Shown: positions 9,118 through 17,921 of the stretch, in pieces
Layout of the letters: each line of letters opens with the position of its first letter
How positions within the stretch are numbered: the first letter of the stretch is position 1
Source: Candidatus Fokinia solitaria
GTDB lineage: Bacteria; Pseudomonadota; Alphaproteobacteria; Rickettsiales; Midichloriaceae
Direction: 5' to 3'
Length of the DNA stretch: 32,000 bases
Assembly: GCF_003072485.1 (NCBI RefSeq)
Contig: NZ_CP025989.1
Span: 30,001 to 62,000 of the forward strand
Position numbers and translations under genes: made by a program
The notes under the pieces: model-generated
Seen by the model: the letters and a program-made list of their open reading frames with translations, nothing else
What the model was told of the DNA's origin: nothing
Database searches by the model: none

Positions 9118-10809
9118 ATGACAAAAGGGATAAAATCTCAAATAGGAGAAATTATAGAGTGTTTTTTGCGTGATTTCGGCTATCAAGATGTCACTGTGCG
9201 TGTAAGAAGGAATGCATTTGTGCAAAATTCTTATCAAACGGATGTTCTTTTTGAATTAGCGAAAAATACTACGAAGACGCCGCATGATCTGTTTTTGGAG
9301 CTTTTTTCTGGTGAGGAAATGAGTAACTATTTTACCTTCTCTTTTTCTGGTAACGGCTTTCTGAATATCACTTTAAAGAGTGAATTTATATCAAAATGTT
9401 TGTTTGAATTTCATATCGAAGCATTACCACGAAATAATATTGATGTCGTAGTAGATTATGCAAGTCCAAATGTAGCCAAAGAGATGCATGTAGGGCATTT
9501 GCGTTCTGCTGCGATAGGATGTGCTATTGCAAGAATTTTGGAATTTGCTGGATATAATGTGATAAGACAGCATCATATTGGAGACTGGGGTACGCAGTTT
9601 GGTTTTATCATTCAGTTTATTATTGAGAAAGAGATAGATGCTGCGCGCCTCAGTATCAACGAGATGAATGTCATATATCAAGAAGCGAAAAAGCTGTTTG
9701 ATGAAGATGTTGCATTCGAGAAAAGAGCACGTATAAGGCTTGATAAATTACAGAATAATGATGCAGAGAGTATAAGAATTTGGCAGTTGTTAGTAGAAAG
9801 AACAACGCGGTATTTATCTGATATTTTTGGTAGATTGGAAGTAGATTTTAGTGCGGCAAATATCAGAGGTGAAAGTGCATATCGAGAAGGGCTACAAGAA
9901 GTCATAGATGAGTTAAAGAATAAAAACATATGTGTAAGAGATGATGGTGCAGAGTTAGTGAAGATAGAAGATAAAGTAGAAATTTTGAAAAAATCTGATG
10001 GCACATATTTGTATATGACAACGGATTTAGCCGCTTTGAAGTATAGGCTTCAAAAGGCGAAGTGGATTATATATATCACTGATAGTAGGCAAATTGATCA
10101 CTTCAAGCATATGTTTTATATAGCACGAGTTGCGAATTGGGATAAAGAAGTGAAGTTGTCTCATATAGCTTTTGGTAATGTATTAGGAAGTGACAAGAGA
10201 CCTCTAAAAACTCGAGAAGGTAACAATACTACGCTTTCAGAATTGGTAGAATCAGCTTGTATTGAGTCGTTTGCAATGATGAAGGGGAGGCAAATTTCTA
10301 ATAGCGCACAAATTGCCAGTACAATAGGTATAGGCGCTATGAAGTACTTCGATTTAAAAAATGACTATGTAAAAGATTATATCTTTCATATGCCTCATAT
10401 TCTCTCATTACATGGATATACATCAGTTTATATACAGAATGCTTATATCAGAATACTCTCTATTTTGAAAAAATTTCAGCAATCTTCAGATTCGGAAGGC
10501 GTAGATTTTCAACATCTGAGTTCGGTTACGCAGCTTCAGTTTGAAGAGGAAAGCGAGATTGCAGTTGCTTTAAAGACGTTAGAATTTTGGGATACATTTG
10601 AAACAGTTTTAGAGACATTAAAGCCTCATCATTTGTGTAGTTATTTGTACGAGCTTGCATCTGCATTTCACCTTTTATATGAAAGATGTCAAATTTTAAA
10701 AGCGCATCCAACGCAAAGAGATACAAGATTGTATTTAATACACATTGTACAAAGTGCTATTTACCGTTCTTTATCACTTCTAGGTATTAGTGTTGTGAGT
10801 GAAATGTAA
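9118..10809 (+). CDS. argS: Arginyl-tRNA synthetase
   Basis: SPNVAKEMHVGHLRSAAIG (HIGH-type motif), QHHIGDWGTQFGFII, FGNVLGSDKRPLKTREGN, C-terminal DALR-like region. Confidence 0.96.
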   Translation: MTKGIKSQIGEIIECFLRDFGYQDVTVRVRRNAFVQNSYQTDVLFELAKNTTKTPHDLFLELFSGEEMSNYFTFSFSGNGFLNITLKSEFISKCLFEFHIEALPRNNIDVVVDYASPNVAKEMHVGHLRSAAIGCAIARILEFAGYNVIRQHHIGDWGTQFGFIIQFIIEKEIDAARLSINEMNVIYQEAKKLFDEDVAFEKRARIRLDKLQNNDAESIRIWQLLVERTTRYLSDIFGRLEVDFSAANIRGESAYREGLQEVIDELKNKNICVRDDGAELVKIEDKVEILKKSDGTYLYMTTDLAALKYRLQKAKWIIYITDSRQIDHFKHMFYIARVANWDKEVKLSHIAFGNVLGSDKRPLKTREGNNTTLSELVESACIESFAMMKGRQISNSAQIASTIGIGAMKYFDLKNDYVKDYIFHMPHILSLHGYTSVYIQNAYIRILSILKKFQQSSDSEGVDFQHLSSVTQLQFEEESEIAVALKTLEFWDTFETVLETLKPHHLCSYLYELASAFHLLYERCQILKAHPTQRDTRLYLIHIVQSAIYRSLSLLGISVVSEM

Positions 10810-10813
10810 AATT

Positions 10814-12553
10814 TTACGATTCTCCATTTGGTAAAAATCCACCAATTTGCGCATCCCAAAGCTTCTTATATACGCCTCCTTTTTCTAGTAAATTCGTATG
10901 AGTGTCATCCTCAACTATATTACCATTTTCAAATACTACTATTCTGTCCACAGTGAGTAATGTAGATAATCTATGCGCTATAATAATAGAAGTTTTATCT
11001 TTCATTAATTCAGCGATACTCCGCTGTATTGTACTCTCTATCACCGAATCTAGATGAGAAGTTGCTTCATCTAATATAAGAATTGGCGCATTTTTTAAGA
11101 TTGCTCTAGCAATTGCTATTCGTTGTTTTTGCCCTCCTGAAAGAGCATTGCCTTTTTCTCCTACAACAGAATCGTATTTTTTAGGTAATTGCGTTATAAA
11201 ATCATGTGCATATGCTTTTTTTGCTGCATCTATTACTTCTTCATCAGTAGCATCGACTCTACCATATCGGATATTCTCCATAATGGAACGGCTAAATAAA
11301 GAAATATCTTGTGGTATTACTGCTATTGCATTTCTTAACGAGTCTTGCTGTACCTGGCAAATGTCTTGCCGATCAATGTATATACCGCCATCCATGATAT
11401 CATATAATCTCAAAATGAGATTAATAAAGGTGGATTTGCCACTTCCTGAATAGCCAACGAGACCAATCTTTTGCTTTGGTAGTATTGTGATAGACTTATT
11501 TAAGAATAGCGGAATGCTATTTTTATGATGAAATTTCACGTTATGAAACTGGATCATACCTTCACTTACCACAAGCGTAGGGGCATTTGGTTTATCTTGC
11601 ACTCCAGTATCGTATTCTAAAATGGATAATGCTTGTCTTAGACTACTATAATCTGTAATTATTTCCCTTATAACGAAAGTAATGTGAAATAGCTGCATTG
11701 TGATTTCCAAGTTTGTCATAAACACAAGAGCGAAATCTCCTGGAGTTATGATGCTTTTTGCACTGCAATATACCATGCCAATTAAGCATAACACTATATA
11801 TGAAGAGAATATGAAATGCTGAGTGCGAAAATACGATACTGAAGCAGAAGCTGTAGTGATGCTTTTGTGCATTAGCTTTTCAAGCTTGTTCTTCAATGCT
11901 GATTTTTCGTGTAAAAATGATGAAAAAATCTTGATGAAGAGCATATTAGAGACATAATCATTTACTTCTCCATATGTGTTAATTTCGCATTCTGCTTCTG
12001 CCTTTGCTAATAAGCTTACTTTCTTCATTCTTGTATAGCACATGAGCATGAATGTAGATACCCATACGAACATTGCTAATCCGAAGATAAAATGCACTTT
12101 AAATAGTAAGGCTATGCTTATTATGACTGTGATTATAAGATGTAGCGGCTGTATCAACGAGAGTTCTATGATCCTAGGCATTATTTTAGCAGCATCTTTA
12201 ATTCTTGCAGATATCGTGCTTGATTGATGTTCTTGAAAAAAGTGGTAATCGTATAGTCCAATTTTTTCTATAAATTTTGCTGCTATATCTTTCTTTATTT
12301 GCGGCATATATCTTAATTCGCACCAACCGAAGGAATACCATAGAAGAAATGTTAAAGCTTGTGCGACGCAGTACCAAGTAACTGGTATCCATATTGTATG
12401 GAATTGCATCGCACTTACATCATCTATGATGAGTTTTAAAATATAAGACTTTAACGGATACTCTAAACCTGACAAAGTCATCAGAAATATAAGAAAGTAT
12501 ACGTAATATCTATAAGGTTTTATGCTGTCTATGATGAAGGAACGAACGTTCAT
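10814..12553 (-). CDS. ABC transporter, fused permease/ATPase half-transporter
   Basis: TM domain plus NBD: VGYSGSGKST Walker A, LSGGQKQRIAIARAIL signature, ILILDEATSHLD Walker B/D-loop, IIAHRL. Confidence 0.92.
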   Translation of the reverse strand: MNVRSFIIDSIKPYRYYVYFLIFLMTLSGLEYPLKSYILKLIIDDVSAMQFHTIWIPVTWYCVAQALTFLLWYSFGWCELRYMPQIKKDIAAKFIEKIGLYDYHFFQEHQSSTISARIKDAAKIMPRIIELSLIQPLHLIITVIISIALLFKVHFIFGLAMFVWVSTFMLMCYTRMKKVSLLAKAEAECEINTYGEVNDYVSNMLFIKIFSSFLHEKSALKNKLEKLMHKSITTASASVSYFRTQHFIFSSYIVLCLIGMVYCSAKSIITPGDFALVFMTNLEITMQLFHITFVIREIITDYSSLRQALSILEYDTGVQDKPNAPTLVVSEGMIQFHNVKFHHKNSIPLFLNKSITILPKQKIGLVGYSGSGKSTFINLILRLYDIMDGGIYIDRQDICQVQQDSLRNAIAVIPQDISLFSRSIMENIRYGRVDATDEEVIDAAKKAYAHDFITQLPKKYDSVVGEKGNALSGGQKQRIAIARAILKNAPILILDEATSHLDSVIESTIQRSIAELMKDKTSIIIAHRLSTLLTVDRIVVFENGNIVEDDTHTNLLEKGGVYKKLWDAQIGGFLPNGES

Positions 12554-12762
12554 TTGACGCTAAAGATAAAATTCGATCGAATGTCGCACAAACACGCAGA
12601 GACGTCAACAGCGGATAAATCCTGTAATATTGTGAATCGCTATTTGATATGAGTTTAATATAACAAGAAGTTAGCCGGCGAGACGAAAGCTATTGTCCCG
12701 TTGTAAGCGGCAGACTTCATATACGGTTTTTTGTTAGTCTACAAAGTGCAAGTTAAGCTGCA

Positions 12763-13116
12763 CTACTGATGTGCTGTGACCTTGCTGATGATTTGCTCAA
12801 ACTGCTGCGGATGACGTATTGCAATTTCAGACAGCATTTTTCTGTTGAGACCGATTTCACTCTTGAGAAAAGCGCCCATGAAATGAGAATATCTTAATCC
12901 TCTTTCTCTCAGTGCCGCATTTAGCCTCTGTATCCACAGTGCTCTGAATTCACGTTTACGGACTTTCCTATCTCTGTACGCATATTGAAGTCCCTTGTGT
13001 ACTTTTTCAATTGCTACTCTAAAACAACTCTTGGCACGTCCTCTATAGCCGGATGCCATTTCTAAAATTTTCTTATGTCTCCTGCGAGCAGTTACACCAC
13101 GTTTTACGCGCGCCAT
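12763..13116 (-). CDS. rplT: 50S ribosomal protein L20
   Basis: [35 protein letters not shown]...[22 protein letters not shown]. Confidence 0.98.
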   Translation of the reverse strand: MARVKRGVTARRRHKKILEMASGYRGRAKSCFRVAIEKVHKGLQYAYRDRKVRKREFRALWIQRLNAALRERGLRYSHFMGAFLKSEIGLNRKMLSEIAIRHPQQFEQIISKVTAHQ

Positions 13117-13189
13117 TTCAAAATGCTAAATAATTATGCTTAACACAGTACTATCGAGTGATGACAATATCAACACCAAACAGATCTTT

Positions 13190-13390
13190 CTATAAACCGT
13201 ACGGTATATGCTGCTTTATTCTTATACGTTCCATCTCAGGTAGAATGCAAGTGCCACGTTGTTCTCTGAGTTGTCGTGCGGAGCGTTTTCGCATATTATG
13301 TCGCTTATTCGCTTGACCGGCTTTTATCTTTCCTGTAGCAGTTTGAAAAAATCTCTTTTTTACGCTGCTTTTAGTCTTCAATTTTGGCAT
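13190..13390 (-). CDS. rpmI: 50S ribosomal protein L35
   Basis: MPKLKTKSSVKKRFFQTATGKIKAGQANKRHNMRKRSARQLRE; immediately upstream of rplT. Confidence 0.97.
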   Translation of the reverse strand: MPKLKTKSSVKKRFFQTATGKIKAGQANKRHNMRKRSARQLREQRGTCILPEMERIRIKQHIPYGL

Positions 13391-13712
13391 TTTCGTTAGA
13401 TACTGGTAGTATCGGATACTACTAGCAACTTACCGAATAAAAGTCAATTATCTATCATTTCGAATATATCGTAATGATGCTACGGGATATTTGACTAACA
13501 TACGATTTCATGGCCAATTACTCGTATTAATATAAAAGATGTTTCTTTTGGAAAAAGAGACTAAATGTGCCTTTTATATGTATTAAAGCTTACGTGAAAT
13601 ATTCTCTTAATATTATCAGTATGTTGGATTTTATAATGTCAAAAAGGCATTTGTGCTTCAGCAACAGAGTGATGTAGCATAAGCGCGTTATTAACTAAGC
13701 AACAAATGATAA

Positions 13713-14855
13713 ATGAAAAGCATAAAGTATTTTATCGTGAGTCTTTTTATAATCGGAAAAGTATCTGCCTCTCAGACGTTAGATACTTCTAAAGTAGCAA
13801 GAGTTGCACAAACGAATAAAGTTGAGCGAGAAATAGGAGAATTCGAAGTAGGGCTACAATTTTCTCAAATATTTGATGACATAGCATTTACAATGCAAGG
13901 AGATATAACGACTGTTTATAATAGAAGTGAAAGTACTGATAGTATGCCGAATTTTCTCGGTTATAAGCGCAATATAATACGAGAATTCACCACGCAAGAT
14001 AAAGGAGTGCGTAGTACTAATCTAAATCTTGGATGGAATGGCTTACAATCAAAAATTGGCAAAAATTGTATGTTATTAGGTTCTATAGGTTGCACAATCG
14101 GATATTCTGAAGTAGATCTTGCGCAGGTTGAGTCGGATGCAGCATTCGATAGTGTACTTCTTCATAGAGTCATACTAGGTGTACGTGGTAGTATTGCGCC
14201 TTTATACAGTCTTGGAAAAAGTGCAAAGATTGGAATTTATGCAGCAGGCACACTTGGCGCTGACAAGACATACAAGAGTAAGGCTATAACTGAGTCAAAA
14301 ACTATCTTACATATAAAGAATTTTAAAGCAGGTACGACTGCAACTGCAGTAACGGAAGATAACGGCACTATTAGTTGGAGTGATGTAGATACCTCTTTGC
14401 TTGGTTATGGCGATGTGCAGAAAAAAAAGCTACAAATAATCGATACTTCTAAGTGGAACTTTTATTATTGTGGCGAATTTGGTGTAAGGCTACAAAAGCA
14501 GAATTTTGGTATACAGATTGGTGTATTGTTCAATAATAGTGTACGCGATGCTGCAGTGCATAAAGGCGCTGCCTTAGGAGAAGTGTGGAAAGGGATCACA
14601 ACTGCTACTAATTTCCATGCTGTTGCTCCTGTTACTGCTGTCACTAGAAGTGGAGAAACTATTAACCTTGATAGTGAAAATACAGACAAAATAGAAGCAA
14701 CGGAAGCACTGATCTTCTATGCTGTAGATAGCGATCCTATTACTGTTACTGGTACGGAAGTGAAAAATATAACAATGATGGATGACGTGAAGTTCAAAAG
14801 ACAAGCTGATGCTATTAGCAAGTTCTTTACAGTATCTCTCGTATTTGACTTATAG
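13713..14855 (+). CDS. Outer-membrane-like surface protein, paralog 1 of local family
   Basis: Signal-like N-terminus, IGEFEVGLQF, NLGWNGLQSKIGKNCMLLGSIGCTIGYSE, WNFYYCGEFGVRLQKQNFGIQIGVLFNN, C-term FFTVSLVFDL; clear framework match to the ORF at 15632-16720. Confidence 0.75.
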   Translation: MKSIKYFIVSLFIIGKVSASQTLDTSKVARVAQTNKVEREIGEFEVGLQFSQIFDDIAFTMQGDITTVYNRSESTDSMPNFLGYKRNIIREFTTQDKGVRSTNLNLGWNGLQSKIGKNCMLLGSIGCTIGYSEVDLAQVESDAAFDSVLLHRVILGVRGSIAPLYSLGKSAKIGIYAAGTLGADKTYKSKAITESKTILHIKNFKAGTTATAVTEDNGTISWSDVDTSLLGYGDVQKKKLQIIDTSKWNFYYCGEFGVRLQKQNFGIQIGVLFNNSVRDAAVHKGAALGEVWKGITTATNFHAVAPVTAVTRSGETINLDSENTDKIEATEALIFYAVDSDPITVTGTEVKNITMMDDVKFKRQADAISKFFTVSLVFDL

Positions 14856-14941
14856 AGAAAGATAAAGTGCTAATTTGCTGAATTGCCGAGAGAGGAGATT
14901 TTTTCTTTCGAAGAAAATGAAGAAATAATAATTTGCTATTA
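14808..14941 (+). repeat. Direct repeat copy A: last 16 codons (incl. stop) of paralog 1 plus downstream segment
   Basis: gatgctattagcaagttctttacagtatctctc(g)tatttgacttatagagaaagataaagtgctaatttgctgaatt...; near-identical to 15052-15187 by eye. Confidence 0.9.
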
Positions 14942-15051
14942 ATTAATGAGACGTCTACAAAGGGGAAGGGGGTGATTGATAGAATATCATAATAATATAT
15001 CATAGTAATCTGTTTCATTGTCAGATGAACGCAATTCAAGAGAGCGAGCAC

Positions 15052-15187
15052 GATGCTATTAGCAAGTTCTTTACAGTATCTCTCATATTTGACTTATAGA
15101 GAAAGATAAAGTGCTAATTTGCTGAATTTCCGAGGGAGAGGAGATTTTTTCTTTCGAAGAAAAGGAAGAAATAATAATTTGCTATTA
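15052..15187 (+). repeat. Direct repeat copy B: orphan omp 3' end (DAISKFFTVSLIFDL*) plus downstream segment
   Basis: Near-identical to 14808-14941 with a handful of substitutions and one 2-nt length difference; no omp body precedes it. Confidence 0.9.
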
Positions 15188-15631
15188 TTGATAAAATGAT
15201 AAAATATTTCTTCTAAGAAGAAGTAATTAATACTTTCGATTCGTTTTTTCTCAAAAGTAATACTCTCTTACTTTAATTAAATGAATAAGATTTCTTCTGT
15301 AGGAGAGGCATGCGGTCAGCACTTCGGTACAGTATGCTGTATACTTCATACCTACAACTGAGAAATTCTCTCATCATTCGCGTCTGTGTTCATAAAGAAA
15401 TACAGAATATTTCTTGATACGTGTGATAATCGATGATGTTTGCAGTAATTGCATATATGCATATATTGCCACTTTTTTACGAGATATTGTGTGACTTTAG
15501 AGGATTTTGAGATAGTTGCAGATTTGCAACAAATGCATCAGATTTTAAGGTATATAAGGTATGCCTATTCATTGGTTACGAATATTCGGTATACGATTAA
15601 AGTATATCTTAACTGATACTAGTTATTTAAT

Positions 15632-16720
15632 ATGAAAAAATATTTAGCATTAGCACTTGCAAGTTCACTCGTTATGGGGAACGCATTTGCTTCTCAAACA
15701 TTGACCGCTCTTGATGCTGCAAGCCCTGTGCTTACAAATGAAGACGATCAAAAAATAGGAGAATTCGAAGTAGGACTTCAGTTCTTCATGACGCCTAGTG
15801 CGGTCAAATTGCAGATGGCTGCAGCTGGTAACAAGACAACAAGCGCAATCACAGCAGCTACTTCTGCTCCTGCTTTTAACACTACTGGCTTCGCAGTTGA
15901 TAATGTTGCGACTAGCGACAATGCAGGTGGTAGAATGTGGGGATTTGGAGCAAATCTCGGATGGAATGGTTTGCAATCTAAAATGCCAGGAAATGGTGTG
16001 TTGCTAGGGTCTATTGGCGGTACAATTGCTTACTCTTGGATCGATAACTCAGGCGCTACTCTTACTGCTAATAACCAAGGGATGATGGTTGCATCTGGTG
16101 TAAAACTACGTAGATTCATTCTCGGTGCACGTGGTAACATAGCTCCTTTGTTCTGCGTCGGAAAAGACTTCAAAGTTGGTCCTTATGCAGCAGCAGTGCT
16201 AGGTGGTGCGCAAACACAAGTGAATTTGAATGGTATTGCAGTAGGCACTACTTCACTTTCGCTAACGGAAGGCTATACTCAAGGTATACCAGGCACATAT
16301 AGTGGTAGCGCTTGGAACCTAGCTACAGGGGTAGTTGGTTACGCATCAAAAGCGACTGATTTTAATGCAACCAAGTTAGGCAAGATATTCTCAACTGATT
16401 TCGGTGCATGGAAATTCTATTGCGCTGGTGAAGCAGGTGTGAGATTCCAAATGCATAATGCTGCTCTTCAGTTAGGTGCGTTATTCGACAATAATGAGTA
16501 CAAAGTACCTCAATTCCAAGACAAAAAGAAGGATATCACTCTTGGTGTTAAGGGCGATGCCATTACAGCTTCAACTATTTACTGGGTCAACGGTACTACT
16601 TCGAATACTGCAACTTCTGGAACGAATATTAAGGAGGCCTATACTATCAATGACTTGAAATTCAAGAAAGATGGTAGCATGAATCTGTTCTTAACTGCAT
16701 CTGTCATATTTGACATATAG
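15632..16720 (+). CDS. Outer-membrane-like surface protein, paralog 2 of local family
   Basis: Signal peptide MKKYLALALASSLVMGNAFASQ; IGEFEVGLQF; ANLGWNGLQSKMPGNGVLLGSIGGTIAYS; WKFYCAGEAGVRFQMHNAALQLGALFDNN; C-term LFLTASVIFDI. Confidence 0.8.
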   Translation: MKKYLALALASSLVMGNAFASQTLTALDAASPVLTNEDDQKIGEFEVGLQFFMTPSAVKLQMAAAGNKTTSAITAATSAPAFNTTGFAVDNVATSDNAGGRMWGFGANLGWNGLQSKMPGNGVLLGSIGGTIAYSWIDNSGATLTANNQGMMVASGVKLRRFILGARGNIAPLFCVGKDFKVGPYAAAVLGGAQTQVNLNGIAVGTTSLSLTEGYTQGIPGTYSGSAWNLATGVVGYASKATDFNATKLGKIFSTDFGAWKFYCAGEAGVRFQMHNAALQLGALFDNNEYKVPQFQDKKKDITLGVKGDAITASTIYWVNGTTSNTATSGTNIKEAYTINDLKFKKDGSMNLFLTASVIFDI

Positions 16721-16796
16721 TACGTCGGAGTGAGTGGTCGAGACTACTCATTCTTATTGTAGATGCTTTTAGAAGAAGAAAGATCTTCTTTAGATT

Positions 16797-16830
16797 AGAG
16801 AGAGTGAAGCGATTCACTCTCTCTTTTTTT
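16797..16830 (+). terminator. Rho-independent terminator after paralog 2
   Basis: Perfect 12-bp stem AGAGAGAGTGAA / TTCACTCTCTCT, 4-nt loop GCGA, followed by TTTTTT. Confidence 0.93.
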
Positions 16831-16905
16831 ATTTGTAATCGACGTAACATTTACCGAAGAGAAAAGCGTTTAATAAAACTCTTCTTTTTCGATGTACGTT
16901 TATTA

Positions 16906-17103
16906 TCTTTACAGCATCTCTCGCATTTGATTTATAGAGGGAGATAAATCGCTAATTTGCTAAATTTACGAAGAGATGAAGCCTTCTTATATCAGAAGAA
17001 AGAAAAAATAATAATTCATTTCTTATTGACACAATGTTTACCTTAAAAAAGAAGTAGTGAATATTCTCAATTCATTTTTCTCAAAAATAATATGCTTAAC
17101 TTG
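16906..17103 (+). repeat. Diverged copy C of omp 3' end and downstream region
   Basis: atctttacagcatctctcgcatttgatttatag (IFTASLAFDL*) then gctaatttgctaaattt... and ttctcaattcatttttctcaaaaataat, aligning with 15068-15275. Confidence 0.78.
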
Positions 17104-17229
17104 ATGATAGCGAGAGAGTAGTGCGATCTATGCTATTGAGTTTGACAAATATCGGAAAAGACCAATACATTCTAACAAAAAATAATTATCTTTGATTTGG
17201 TATTAGTGCAGAATAGTGAAGTTCTCTAT

Positions 17230-17724
17230 CTAATAAGAAGAGTGATTGAGGAAGATTTGAGAAGCTCTTTGGAGGAGGGATTTAGGCATACCTGCGAGTT
17301 TTGCGATATGTAATGCATATGAGTGAGTAGCTATACCTTGTGATATTTTATGCATGAAAGTGATTTTACCATTATGTTCAGTGACATTCATTTTATAAGA
17401 TTTAGCTTTATGGAGAGTATCTTCTAAATTTCCTAATTCATGGTAATGAGTGGCGAATATAGTTTTTGCTTTTATTTGTTCATGGACATACTCTGTGACG
17501 GCTATTGCGATAGCCATACCTTCTTTAGCTGAAGTACCGCGACCTACTTCATCGAGTAATATGAGAGAATTCTGAGAGGCGCTTTGCAATATGCGTGCAG
17601 TTTCCAGCATTTCCACCATAAATGTGGATTCTCCATTTGTAATATTATCGCTTGCTCCTATTCTTGTCATAATACTTTCTACTAATCCTATACTCCCTCT
17701 CTTCGCCGGTATAAAACTCCCTAT
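17230..17724 (-). pseudogene. mutS: mutS remnant (C-terminal part of ATPase domain only)
   Basis: ORF 17230-17670: MTRIGASDNITNGESTFMVEMLETARIL...SLILLDEVGRGTS...TIFATHYHEL...SYALHIAKLAGMPKSLLQRA. MutS-like residues extend upstream of the ATG (IGSFIPAKRGSIGLVESI) to an in-frame TAA at 17725-17727. The mismatch-binding domains and the Walker A P-loop are absent. Confidence 0.9.
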
Positions 17725-17921
17725 TTATAAATCGCGATAAAGATGCGATGCTGTTAGTAAGTAAGATATAACGGATGAAATTGAAGATACATCAGCTTGT
17801 TACTATAGTTCTATCATCTTAAATATTTCTTATCCCGTCTTTTCACTGAGAGATCTGCTGAAAAAAAATAATACATGACTTCTGTTATTGTGGCGCTCAA
17901 CTTCATTGCTTTAGTTGAAAA

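Noticed and set aside
2801-12553. Two ABC half-transporters considered as a dedicated export system with neighbouring genes
   Set aside because: They are 6 kb apart, flanked by unrelated housekeeping genes, and have no precursor peptide or modification genes nearby; best treated as ordinary paralogous exporters.
14901-14917. TTTTCTT-TCG-AAGAAAA hairpin in the tail repeat as a terminator
   Set aside because: Symmetric but purely AT-rich stem with no following T-tract; too weak to call as a feature.
14957-14973. G-rich run (aaaggggaagggggtg) as a phase-variation tract
   Set aside because: Longest homopolymer is only 5 G and it is intergenic; no sign of slippage potential affecting a reading frame.
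14827-15051. 74 aa minus-strand ORF between the tail repeats
   Set aside because: Made of the reverse complement of tail and spacer sequence; not maintained across copies; the repeats are better explained as omp 3' ends.
14808-15187. Possibility of a CRISPR array or insertion-sequence ends
   Set aside because: Only two close copies of ~135 bp with coding content, no short regularly spaced repeats, no transposase, and no terminal inverted repeats seen.
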